DNA of 64,000 nt. Origin: Ministeria vibrans ATCC 50519 (taxonomy: Eukaryota; Protista; Filasterea). The position numbers and the translations under genes are program-made. Every line of letters starts with the position of its first letter. Within the stretch, counting starts at the first letter, position 1. Location: contig CALSCP010002159.1 in assembly GCA_943704425.1 (NCBI GenBank), positions 87,815-151,814 on the forward strand, written 5' to 3'. This document shows, in pieces, positions 13,816-26,321 of the stretch. A model generated the notes under the pieces. The model was not told where the DNA came from. It saw only the letters and a program-made list of their open reading frames with translations, and ran no database searches.

Positions 13816-15899
13816 ATGGCGCGCCCGTCGGAAAAGGATAAGCTCAACAAGAAGCATCAGGTACACTCAAGGTGTCAACCGCTGCTTGGCCAGCTCTATC
13901 TGTGTGCCTCCGCTGCAGCCCCTCTGGCTGTTCGATTCGTTCCATCGAGAGAGGGTTTTTTTTCGATGTGTTTCTTTTTTGCCTTAACAAGACGTTTCAT
14001 CGAAATCCATTGCTTCATAAGGAGCCTAGCATGCGTATAGACCGATGTGGACCCATCCTTGCCGCCTGGGAATGATGCACAATCGACTCTTTTTTGGAGG
14101 AGTGACGTTGCGAACTCTTTCCCTCCCGAAACTCTGCCACGCACCCTCTCGCCTCCCCTCTCCTTTACTCTCCGACCGCACACCACCATGCGAGTCGTCA
14201 TTGTCCAAAACTGCTCTGATCCATTGTGCGTTGTCTGCTTTTTTCCAACGATAGCAAATTCTGGTCTCAATGTTGGCCGACTCGGCCAACAAGGTCTGTG
14301 CAGACTGTTGCGAACGAGGTATGCTGTCGACAAACACCATGCCACCGAGCCCCATGCAGGATCTCTTTCCTTGTCTTCTCTCTCTCCCTTTTTTTTTCCT
14401 TCTTTTTTCGTTCATAATAATAATAATGCTTATGGCGTCGACTCTTTCCGCTCAGGTCCTCGCTGGGCCAGCTGGAATCTCGGTGTTTTCATCTGCATCA
14501 AATGTGCGGGCCATCATCGCAACTTGGGGACGCACATTAGCAAAGTGAAGAGCGTCACTCTGGATAGCTGGACACCACAACAGATTGAGGTAAGGTGTCT
14601 ATATTTTTATCGTTTGTCAAGCATCATCACAATTGAATCGATGGCTCGCAAGTACTTCTCAATTTCACGTGTAGTTGCTGTTATTGTTGTTATATTATAT
14701 TGTTGTTGTTGTTGCTGCTGCTTCTGTTGTTAACGAGGCACACTGAATTATGTACTTTTTGAGAGACACCTGTTGTTTTACAATCGAAGACGTAGTAATA
14801 ATAGTAATAGTAATAATAATAATAATAATAATAATTTTCCTTCTCTTCGTTGTGTAGAATATTCAACAGTGGGGAAACGAACGGGGCAATCTATATTGGG
14901 AGGCAAATCTGCCACGCGACTTCCGCAAACCCGACTCGAACGCGCCCAATCTGGAGCAATGGATTCGCGCCAAGTATGAGCGCGCTCTCTACAAGGGCAG
15001 CATGCCACCCGCCGCGAATGGCGCCGGAAGTACCGCCGACCGTGAACAGGCCGAGCTTCAGGCACGCCGGGAGCGCAGAGAGCGCAAGGAACAGGAACAG
15101 CAGAAGAAGGAACAGGCGCGATCTCTCGCTGCTCCCCAGTCCGCCCCCGTCGCCACCTCTCCATTGCGCGCTCGTCGCACTGCCGCTCCCGCCGCTGCCC
15201 CCGCTCCCGTCACTGCCCCTGCTTCTGCTCCTGTTGCCACCAAGCCCGCCGCGCCTCAGTTCGACTTACTTGGCGACCTGGACGCGCCGACTACCACATC
15301 TGCCGCCGCCACTGACGACTTCTTCTCGTCCGCTCCCACCTCCAACTCGGCGCCGTCCTCGGCAGCGCCCGCCGCTCAAGGCGCAGTCTCTACAGACGCC
15401 TCAATGATGTCGTTTGCATCGACTCCCGCCTCGGCACCTCCCACCACTTCCAAGGACTCCATCATGAGTCTGTTTGCGGCACAGCCCCAAGCACAGCAAG
15501 TGCAGCAGCAGCCTGGCATGGGTATGGGCATGGGTGGCGGCATGCAGCCCCACATGATGATGGGCACTCCTCAGGCACAGGTCATGATGCTCCAACAGCA
15601 ACAACAAATGGTACGAACTCATTCTTATTCTCGTCGTTTCAACTCTTATGCTTTCTTTTGGGCTCTCTTTTTTTTTTTTGTCTCAGATGATGCAACAGCG
15701 AATGATGATGGGAGGCGGCGGAATGCGGCCGCAGGGCCAGCAGATGATGATGGGCGGGGGAGCGTATGGAGGTGCGGGTATGGGGAACATGGGCATGCAG
15801 CAGCAACCGCAGATGGCGTACATGCAGCAGCAGCAGCAGAGACCCCCGCAGCAGCAACAACAGCAGGGACACACCATGAACAGCTCACTTTGGCAGTAG
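13816..15899 (+). CDS. SMAP: SMAP1/2-type ArfGAP, 5 exons
   Basis: Zn finger [45 protein letters not shown], then WIRAKYE, clathrin-box-like [17 protein letters not shown], and an M/Q/G-rich tail ending TMNSSLWQ* (cf. SMAP TLSxQLWK). Exons ~13816-13860, 14255-14318, 14456-14589, 14859-15610, 15687-15899. Confidence 0.9.
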
Positions 15900-15961
15900 T
15901 AAGGCCACGCAATACACCTATCTTCCTTGTGGAACATAGAACGACAACAACAGTGGAAGCT

Positions 15962-18900
15962 TTACTTGAGAATGGTTGGCAAGTAGCCAGTGTAGTAGTC
16001 AGCAATGGCCTGACCCCCCAGATCGGACGGATGGGTACCGCCGACAGTCGGGTTGATGCCGTCGACGCTCATGAGGGTACCCCACAGCTGGTCGCCCGTC
16101 ACGTAGTACAGGTTCTTGTCCGTCTTGCTCAAGGCGTCAAAATCCGCGCGAAGTGCACTGCGTTTCGCCTCCTGTCCCTTGCGCTGATCGTCAGAGCACC
16201 AGTCGTCGCCATAGGTTGTGCCCTCGACCATAAATATCGGTGCCGTCGCAAAGTTCTGGCGCAGGTAGTGCACAAGCGGCGTAGCATTGTTGCCGATCGA
16301 ATCCCCATTCATGTTGCTAAACGAAACCAAACTTGCTCTTTCACCAATCCTGTCGTTATCGTTGTGGTTCCATTTTCGTTACGGATTGCAGTCGATGACA
16401 AATGAGCCTGCGTTGGGGATCTGGCGCAGAAATCGCGCCACTGATAGCTCCATTTTACCATTGCCAGGAAACCTAAGTGGCCGAAAAGCCAATCGGCATA
16501 AAATTAAAATAAAAATAATTAATAGTTGAAAATAGGAAAAACACATTCAACTAACCCAAAGTTATAGACTTCCCTTCCAATCTGACGCAAAAAAAATCAT
16601 GATTGTCAATAATAATGAATTATCTATCATTAGTTTCATACCTGACGCTGCGTGATTGTGGGATGATTCATTCCTAGCAAGAGTGAAAAAAAGTGTGAGA
16701 GAGTGTTCGAGAGAAAAATAAAATGATAGAATGCAGTGATTTAGAGAGAGATCAAGAGAGAGAATACAAAGTAAATCGCAAAGCTTGATTGAGGAGAGAA
16801 TGCAAAAGTAATCAAGAGAGCAACAGGCCAGGTGGAAAACACACACAAGAAATCGACGGGTGCATAGTCGCTCCATTAATCTTGTCTTACCGCTTCGACC
16901 GGCAGCAGCAGATAAAATAGACGTGCCATACCACACAATGGGCAGTTTTCCAGGGCTGAAGGGTCCATCTGCCGCAATCGACGCACCCGAAGGAACACCC
17001 ACATGGAAATCAACCACTTGCGAGCGAAGAGGCAGATAGATGATGAAGCGTCTACATGAAACACGCGACAGATAAGCCACACATACATGCACACACGCGC
17101 GTGCTTACCGCTTCTTCTGGGGCATCCCCGAGATCATGGTCGCCGTGAGCGTTGATCCTTCAAAACCCGTGTAGACACAACCGGCAAAGCGCCAGACGTC
17201 GGTCTCTTCGTCAAAGGCGTACATATTGGCGCCCGCCGTCGCACTCAACGGCATGTGCCACAGCGACCTACATACAGACACAGTCAAAAGAAGACCATAC
17301 TTTTGAGGAATTTCCAGGGTTGTACGTTGGCTTGCCCACAATAGTGTAGTTCACAGCAATGGATTCGGCGTCCGTCGTGAACGGTCCCACAAATATGCCC
17401 ATCGCCAGTCTACAAAGAGTGTTCAATCCTCGACCTCTCCACCTCAAACCAGGTAATGTTGTTACCGCGAAAGGTTCCACACTGCGTCGCGTACAACCCC
17501 ATCTGCTGCCTTAGGCAGTCGGTCATAGTACATCTCGCGCTGTGAATCCTCCGTGAAGTTGGCCCGTCCACCAATGCTGCACGCACAAACAAACGTTAAC
17601 CTTTGCCTCGCTCTACCTCCACCCGCAGTTACCCGAGAGTACGCGCATCCACATAGACAACGTCGTTGCGCGGAGGCACATGCGTTGTTTCCACGACAGT
17701 GGCTGCGTGCACTGTTGGCGCTGCCTCCCGCACTGTCTCCACACCAACAAGGCGTAGAGCACGCGCATGCGACATGGCTGGCGCCGTTGCAGCATTCGTC
17801 TCGGCAAGCAGTGGGGGGAGCACCTTTGCGTACACTTGTGCAATGGCACGCATACCCAAGTCGGTGGGGTGAGTTCCGGCGACAGTCGGTGAACGCAGCG
17901 TAGTGCCGTCCACAGTAAATAGCTGGTCGCCCGTCACATACGTCAGCTTGTCGACTCCCGCCGCCACCAAACGGTCGTAAGCAGCGCGCAACGCCTTACG
18001 CTTGGCCGCCTGATTCGACGCAACCGACGGCACAATCCACGACGTCCCGTACGTTGTGCCTTCCGCAAGCACAATAGGAACACCTGAAGACCATCAATGA
18101 GTAAGTAAGTGTCTAACATTATTAATTAAAATACAAAAAAAAATTATAATAATTATAACAACAAAAAAAGAGGGCGCGCAAAGAGGCAAGCCTTACCGGG
18201 ACGACGTGCACGAATGTAGTTCACGAGTGGCTCAGTGTTGTTCGTGATCAGATCCGCTTGCATGTTGGGCAAGCAGTCAATGAGGTACACGCTTGCCGGA
18301 ATCTCCACAAGGTATTTCGCGACGTTCAGAGACATGAGTCCATCTTGAAAACAACCATCAGTGAGTCGATCGTCTATCCCCTTAAAAAAATTGTCTTACG
18401 TCCGGAAAATCCAAAGTTGTACACATCCGATCCAAGGCTGCGAGCAACCATGTTGGTCCATGCTTGGCCCGGTCGGGAGGCCACTGAACATGAAAGTAGG
18501 GCGAGAGTCAATGTGTGACAAGTTACATTTCGTATCCTGTTGTGCTACTCCTTCCGCCTTACCGCCCCCTTGCAGAATCGAGGTGCCATACGCCACGACT
18601 GGTAGGTGCTTGTACTCGGCAGTATCAGCGACAATCGTGTGCCCCCCAAGAATGCCAACATGCAGAGACACAGGCGCATTGTAGAGCGGCAGGTGCAGGC
18701 GAAAGCGTCGCATCGTTCCGTTCGTCGGAGCACTTGCCAAATTGCTGGCCAGGACATTGCTGGCAGATGGATAGTGGATCGTTTTTGTTGTGCCGACCCA
18801 TCGCCAGGTCGCGTTGGTGGTCCACTGGTACAGATCGAGCCCAGAGACGCCTGAAAGACAACGCAAAAACGTAAACAATGACACAAAATAATGACACAAA

Positions 18901-19301
18901 CTCAATGCCACTGCACACCTGTGCTCGGAAAATGGCCCATCTCCATGCCGCTCGACATCCATGTTGTGTTCAGACTAATCGACGTCGAATCCGTAAAGAA
19001 TTGAACGTACCTACACCGCAAACGCAAAAGACGACAAAAGTCAGCAAACCCCCCAAAAAATACCAAAACTAACGACGATACAGACAACCGCGTACATGCC
19101 AGCCGAGTCACGGCTCAGCGACCACACGGCACTCGTGACGTCATGCTGTGCAGCGGCGGGAAACCGATCGTAAGGAGAGTTTTTGGACTCGACCGGAAAA
19201 CCAGTCCCACGAATGCCCAGCGAGCGCGCGTCGGTCCACAGCGTGGTCGCACTCGAATACGCCACCGCCGCTGCCAACAGAGACAGTACAACAGCAAACA
19301 T
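15962..19301 (-). CDS. Secreted tandem (two-module) SGNH/GDSL hydrolase with GxDLY-type N-terminal domains, multi-exon
   Basis: Signal peptide MFAVVLSLLAAAVAYSSA. Module 1: YDRFPAAA..VWSLSRDSAG, GVSGLDLY, LHLPLYN, YGTSILQGG, NFGFSG, IDCLPNM, GTHPTDLG. Module 2: YDRLPKAA, IYLPLRS, YGTSIL, NFGFPGNG, IDCNPNM, GTHPSDLG. Confidence 0.85.
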
Positions 19302-19396
19302 TTGAGGCTTTTATAATTTATTGTTGATTGATCAGTGAAAAGGGAAAGTCAAAAACTGAAGTCTCAAACTTATTTCAATTTTCACAATTGAATTGA

Positions 19397-22300
19397 ATGG
19401 GAGCTGTCGGTGGCAAGGCTTTACGTGCCGCCGCCACTGCTGGTGACCTTCAACAGCTCCAGCGTGTCCTTGTTCGTTGCGCGGTTGACCAAGACAAAAG
19501 TAAGCAAAAGTCTCTCTTTCTCTCTCAAACTCTCTCTCTCAAACTCTCTCTCAAACTCTCTCTCTCTCTCCGCCCAACTCCCATTCTCCCGACCTGTAGA
19601 TGTACAAAGTGCCCTTGACGACGCCGACGAACGCAGCGGAGTCACCGCACTGCACGCAGCCGGTAAAAGAGGCACACCACTCCACACCATTATTATTAAT
19701 ATTATTATTATTATTATTATAATAATATTTTTTTTCTAACTCCGTTTCGTCTCTTTTCTTCTCTCTTCTGCGTCGCTTGTGCAGCCGCCGAAGGACATAT
19801 AAAATGTGTGGATGCCTTAATAAAAGCCGGGGCCGATGTGCAGGCTCGCGACAAGCGGGGAGAAACGGCTCTCATGACAGCGGTAGGTTTATGCGGACCC
19901 TCTCGAAACGCCCCCTCTTGACTTTTTTTCTCGCTTTCTCCTTCCTCTTGCTCAGTCGCTTGCCAACCGCTCGTTGGCGCTGCGGTCGCTTGTCAACGCC
20001 GGCTCTGTCGTCGACGCCATAGGGGGTCGTGACGAAACGGCTCTGATGCTGGCGGCGCGCAAGGGCAACGCTGACGCCGTCGAGTACCTGCTCAGCGTCG
20101 GTGCGAGTGTTGACCTTATCAATAGCTATGGTCGCACGGCGCTGTGGCTTGCCGCGCAGACAGGCCAGACGGTCGTTGTTGGAATGCTTGCGGGTAGTGG
20201 AGCCGACGTGAACCGTGCCGACTCGGATGGCGCAAGCCCACTCATTGCCTCGGCCAAGGCAGGCTCCGACCTTGTCGTGCCCATTCTCTTGCGTTTTGGT
20301 GCCTCGCCACATCTCAAAGATGACGCGCAGCTGACTGCTCGCGAGTATGCCCTTGCCCTCAAACACGCCTCGTGGGTAACCGTGCTCGACGACTGCACCC
20401 TGCCCGTCAGCAGACACAGTCGAAACAACTCCGGTGTCGGCACTCCACAACATCATCATGTCTCTTCGGCTACAGCCGCCCTCTCCTCATCAACACACAC
20501 CGCTGCGACAGCCGCGACCACATTGTTGTCACAGTCGGGCGACGTCACGCCGGCAGGCATGGCCACGCCCGTCGACGACTCGTCCTCAGTCATTTCCAGC
20601 GGGGAGGTGCGCCGTGCCCTGGCCGCCGTGCCCTCCACTGCAGACACCATGGCCGTGCTGCAGGAACAGGTGCTTGATAAACATCGTAAACTGCGCGAAC
20701 TCGAACGTGAAAATGCCCGTCTTGCACACGACATGCGTGGCGCGACGACGGTCAAGATGCGCTCGGTGCTCGAGCGCCTACGCGCAGTTCGCGCCGAACG
20801 CACCATTGCGACGGGTCCCGAGTCACTCTTGTCACCGATGATCGCGACCTTTCTTGCTCAGGTCAGCTCCTTTTGTACAATGGATCGCAGCATGGCGGAT
20901 CCGGGCGAGTGGAAGAGCATGCAGGCATACGTCGCAAGTGAGTCGACGCTTGCAGTGCTCCTTGCCGAAATCCGCGCCTACCACGGCACAACCAACTGCT
21001 CGGCGTTCCAGGCGCTTGTCGAGAGCAAGGAGCTTGCGCGTCGCCAATACGCCGAGGCCATGAAGTTCTTCTTGGACGATCTGCATGCGGCGCGTCTTGA
21101 TGAGCGGCGCAAGACGGTCGAGTCGGCACTCAGTGAACTCGCGGCGTGTCTCGCGGTGCTTGACCAACAGGGCCGTGTGAGTGAACAGCAGGCGGAGCTG
21201 CATCGAAGCGTCATGGCCGAAGACATGGCAGTTGCCAAGGCTAAGGCAGCCGCCGAAGCTGCTGGCGAGTACGGCTCGGCCCTTGCCGACGTCGACCAGC
21301 TGCAGTCGTCTCTCATGGACTGCGTAACGCCCGCCGAGCGATCTACTTCGCCCAAGGCAACTTTTTCTGACATTGTCGAGGATCACTTTCTCGAGGACCC
21401 CTCCAACTCCGGGGCCGTTGCTTCTCAACATCATCAGCAGCAGAGTGGCGTACCCGTCTCTCCGTCGCGCGTCTCCATTACTTCGTCGTCATGGGCTCAC
21501 GTCGTCGCGTCGCCTCCAAAGCCCTCCCTGCGCCAACAGTCCTTTTCGGCTGCCACTCACCGGCGTCCCAATTCCCACTCGACACCCTCGTCGCGTCGCT
21601 CGTCGTCTCCTCTTACGCGACCCGGCTCGTTGCCGACCCTCTCTGCGGCAACGACGGTCGCTAGCGCAGGTGGGAGTGCCGGGGAGCGCGAACGCGAGCA
21701 CAACATTGCACATAACCGTATGAGTTTGTTCGACCGACGTGTGCCCACCAAGGTCCTCGACGAGTGTTTCCACTGGGTGCTCCAGCGCGAAAAGCAACTG
21801 TGGCTGCTTCGCGAGAGCACCACGCGCGCTTCGGTGCAGCTCGAAAAGGCTCTTACGCAATTGGCGGCGTTGTTTTCAGCGTCACCTGCGGAGGGCGAAG
21901 CGGTCGACCTGGACGCGCTTGTGGAGGATCTGCACAACTGCCTCGACGCCGAGACACTCTTCTCCTTCAGCGAAGACCTCCAGTTCACGTTCCCGCGCGA
22001 TCCCCTTGTGAGCGTGGCGCGTGCTCTCGTGGACACCATTGGACGACGCGAACTCATTGAGATTGACCGGCTCATTCATCATCGAGTTTTCATTGAGGGC
22101 CGTCTCGCGGCCATGCGACGCTCCTCAAAGATCCCCTCGGACTTCAAGTCGGCCCAAAAGTGGCTTGGCGACACCAAAACACTCATGGAGAAGATGGCGG
22201 AGCGTCACGGCGATCTCGACCAGTTGCTGCAGATGCATCAGGTGTCGCGCAGAGGCACAAGTGGTGGTGGTGATGGTGATGGTGATGGTGGTGGTGGACT

Positions 22301-24952
22301 GGTGGACTTTGAGGAGTCAGTGCCGTCGCATGCGGGCGAAGCTCTCTTCAACGAGGACCTCAACGGCGATAATGTGCACGCGGCGCGGGCCGCCATGTGG
22401 GCATGCGAGGCGGTGTTTGTCGAGCGCCTCAACGTGCTCTGTCAGCTTGCAGGCGAGCATTTTCCCGAGCTCGTTCTAATGTGTGCAGACGCCAAAGATC
22501 TGCGTGACGTGCTGCAGTCGGCACTGCGTCGCAACGGCGTCAGCATTGTGTACCCGTGGCGCTCGCGCAAACACTTCGCGCTGCTCGAAGATGGTGCGGA
22601 CGATTGGGCCGACTCGTCGCTGTCAGTGCTCACGAGCATGCAGCGACCCACCACATACACGGCACGCCACGGCAATAGCACCTGCCTGCTCAAGGAGTAC
22701 ACGCTGGTCGACGGCAATGTGGACGAGCTAGAGTCGCGCGCGTCACTTTGGTACCAGCTGAGTCGCCAGGCAACGAGTGCTCTCGTCTGTCCCATCTCGC
22801 TCTTCCACGACAGTGGTACTGCCAAGTTCTTTGTACAGCTACCGGCGTCGGAATTTTGCGGTCATTTGCGACATTGGTGCGCGCAATTCCCGCACGCGAC
22901 CATCGAGGAGGTGCGCCTCGTTGTGTACGATGTGCTGCGTGGCCTGGCGGCACTCCATGTACATGGCGTCGCCTACGGCGAAATGCGCGCCGAACAGGTG
23001 CTCGTCACCGAGCAAGGGCGTGCCAAGCTTGCCGACATTGATTTGCGCACTTGGTCGGCCGAGTGCAGCACGGACGCACTTGCCAACGACATGTTTGCTT
23101 GTGGTCGTATGCTTCAAGAGCTCTTTTTGCCGCCTGAGCTATACAGCGCGTCGAAAATTCTCTTGTCGCGTCGCGAGTCGGCCACCAGTGCCCTCTCGAG
23201 TACCGTCGCGAGTAGTGTGGAGACGTCGCCTCGTAAGGCGAAGCGTCACAGTGACGTGCGCTCGGGGGCGATCACGTCAAGCGCTCCCTCGACCGACATC
23301 CTCCTGAGCACGTCGCCGTCGTCGTCGGCGGTCACCACGTCGAGTGCCACGGCCGCTACGACGTCGGCCACGTCGTCGTCTCTCAACAGCAACAGTACTG
23401 TGACGACGAGTGTGGCGCAGGGCAACAGCGTTAATGCGAATAGCAATAGTACGGCGGCCGGTTCGCTTGCCTCTGTATTGCAGTCGCATCCGGGCAGCGG
23501 CACGTCGACCCCCCGCACTCGCAATGCCACGTCCACGACGTACACCGACGAGGCTGCAGAGGAGTTTAGATTGGGCGAACGAGCAGCGCTGGCGGCGGCC
23601 GCACGACTGCAGGCGCTTGTGCATCGCAGCAACAGTGACAGTCTGTCGCTGTTAGCACGCGACGCTGGCTTTGTCGACCTACTCACGTGTCTGACAGTGT
23701 CGGACCATTCGCGACGCTTGACAGCGCGCGAGGCACTTGTGCATCCATTCTGCATGCAGTCGGTGGCGATGGCAATGCAGCGAGGCATTGAGGAGCAACT
23801 TGCTTTTTGGTTGGGGCGCGAGCGCGAGCTGGTGGCGGCGCTGGCGACATGTGAGACGGACACGGAGCAGATGCTGTCGTGCATGAGCAGCACGCGTGCG
23901 CAGGAGCGTGTGCTCAAAGAGCAACGTCGCCACGCGGTGGGCCGACACCGCGTCTTTGAGTTGGAGCTACTGCTACGGGGCAATGCTCGTGAGCGACGGC
24001 GACTCGAGACGCAATCGGACGAGTTGCGCGCACGCGGACGCGAACTGGTTGGTGACATGACCGAGTGCCAGCGCAAACTGGTGGAGACGCGTCAGGCACT
24101 GAGCGAGGAGCGCATTCGCGTGCAAGGGGGCGGCCTCTACCCAATCTATTGGACATCGCGCGACATGAGCGTGTTTCCGCCGCCGAAGGAGCTTACTGTG
24201 AGCGACCACCTTGTCCCGCTCGTGTCCGAGCTGGTTTCGTCCACCTTTGTGGGGCGCTATGCGACACGCACGTCGGGTCTCGCCGTCGACTGGGTGGTTC
24301 GTGTCGAGAACTCGTGGTTATACGCACGCTATGTGCAACGAGCGATAGCGTTGCGCGCGCAGGAGATGGCGTCGGCGCGAGTGCGGGTGGAGTCACACCG
24401 CTCGTGGATGGACACAGAGCTGTGTGTGGATCGATCCATCAACGAGACGTACCTGTTGCTGCCGTGTGCCAATGTGAAGCGAGCGACGGCAATCAAGAGT
24501 CTGGGGGTGGGGCGGGCAGTGGGTGCTCTGGGCGCCACGTGGCTTGTCGAGAACAGCTCGTGCGCCGACGAGCATACTATGCCCGCCGACCAGTCTGTCT
24601 GCTACATGTTCCTTGCACGCGTTGCCCTTGGCCATGCCGCTGCGTTTACTGCTCAACCCCGTGCCGATGAAGTCCATGCCCATGATGACCACTCGTGGAG
24701 TGTCAACGGAACGCTCGTAAGTCCGACAAAGAGTGATCGAGCACTTTCCCATTAATAATAATAATAATAATAATGGCTGACGAGGAAATTTTATTTATCA
24801 TCTTTTTGTGTGTGTGTTAGATGAACACAATGATTGTGGAGAAGAAGGCGAATGATTCGCGAGCGAGCGGGCGCTATCGACACTACGGTGTGTTCTCGCC
24901 GGCTCAGGTGTATCCTGAGTTTCTCATCAAATGTCGTCGGACTCTGGTGTAA
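19397..24952 (+). CDS. Ankyrin repeats + coiled coil + degenerate protein kinase + degenerate PARP/ART catalytic domain, 5 exons
   Basis: Ankyrin motifs GVTALHAAA, GETALMTA, DETALMLAA, GRTALWLAA, GASPLIASA. Kinase remnants CLLKEY, LRGLAALHVHGVAYGEMRAEQVLV, AKLADID, DMFACG, RLTAREALVHPF. PARP remnants YPIYW, VVRVENSWLYARY, INETYLL, YMFLARVALG. Spliced last exon 24821-24952 encodes ...YRHYGVFSPAQVYPEFLI. Confidence 0.8.
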
Positions 24953-25053
24953 AACATTATTATTATTATTATTCAATAGAATGAAAGTAATGGATGAAGA
25001 ACGGGTTCCCTGTATAAATAAAACAAACACATGCTTATGAGTGGTAATGTGGG

Positions 25054-25679
25054 TCATTCAAGAGCCTCTATTCTGAAATCGCGCAGAGCCGACACACACT
25101 CGTCCATTGTTTCGGCATAGTCACACTTGAGCTGGTCCAGTTGCGACGCGAGAGCCGCATTCTCGCAACGCTGGTCGGGCGTCGCCGTCTCTGAGTCGGC
25201 AGCGGCATCGTTGGCATCTTCTTCTTCTCCGGCGTGATCACACTTGTGGTGGGAGTTGGGCTGAGTGAAACGGGCCAAGACTTGTTTTTGCTCGGTGATT
25301 TGGATTTGAGCGCAGAGGTTCAGCTTGGTCTTTTCCGCCTGCTGCACATCCTCAAGGACATCCACAAGATCCTGTCGGTGGTGGACGTCGCGCAGCTCGT
25401 CCATGATCGCCTTCATTTCGTCGCTGATGTCCTTGAAGGTTCGCGTCACTTCGCGCACGAGCAACGTGAAGATCTCCCCGTTGAGGCGGGGCGCTGCTGC
25501 GAGGTACGCCTGGAAGCCTCTGTGGTGGGGCGACAGGCAACGGAATGAGTTCATGTGTGTGTGGGGGGGGGGGGGGGGGTGTCGTACTCGCTGTAGAGGC
25601 GATAGGTTTCTTCGCGTTCCGCTTGCAATGTTTCGACCCGATTGACAATGTCGTCAATCTTACATGCAAAAGGGTGCAT
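25054..25679 (-). CDS. REX1BD: REX1-B domain protein (REX1BD/C19orf60-like); 5' end uncertain, possible extra exons up to ~26100
   Basis: Spliced IVNRVETLQAEREETYRLYSE|GFQAYL...LVREVTRTFKDISDEMKAI...DLVDVLEDVQQAEKTKLNLCAQIQ follows the REX1-B helical pattern. Confidence 0.7.
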
Positions 25680-26321
25680 GTTGAAGTGTGAGTGCCAACG
25701 CGAGTGTGCAAGGATGCTTATATTGTATGTGTACCGAGCGGGGGCAGTCAGATGACATGGGAAAAAGGTGAAAAAAAAAGTAAATCAAATCAATCAATTA
25801 ATCAAAGCAGGACAGGAGACACAAAGGAGACGAATGTAACAATCATGAATAATTACAACGAGACATCAGACAAGCGCCCTTGAGAAATACGCTAAGAGAC
25901 GGTAGAGAGATGCAGGTAACATGAATCACTGATACTCACCCGCACTGGTGGGAATTTCTTTCAGCTCGATAAATAACTCAGTGTGAACATATTTTTTTTT
26001 TTTTTTTTTTTTGGCTTTCTAACGCACGGAAGCGTCGAGAGAAGGTGAAGATAAACTGGTTGGCCGACGATTGGCTTTCTTTGTGCCTGCGCGATCTCGA
26101 CATATAGATTGACTTGCAAGTGACTGCTCTCCTTTTATTCAACGACACCCTTTTTGACAACGATTGACTGGCCTGCCCATCGTTTTTTTATTCCGACTTC
26201 TTTTTGGTTGCCACGGAGACGGCGGTTTCATTTTAGCATTCGAGGTACAGCGCAAGCGCATTAAGCCTTCCGTTCAATACTCACACGCTCACTGTCGTCT
26301 TTTATATATGTTGATGTAAGA

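Noticed and set aside
15002-16405. 467-aa plus-strand ORF running from SMAP into the SGNH gene
   Set aside because: It reads through a SMAP intron and then antisense to SGNH exons. The spliced SMAP model ending at 15899 fits the family C-terminus.
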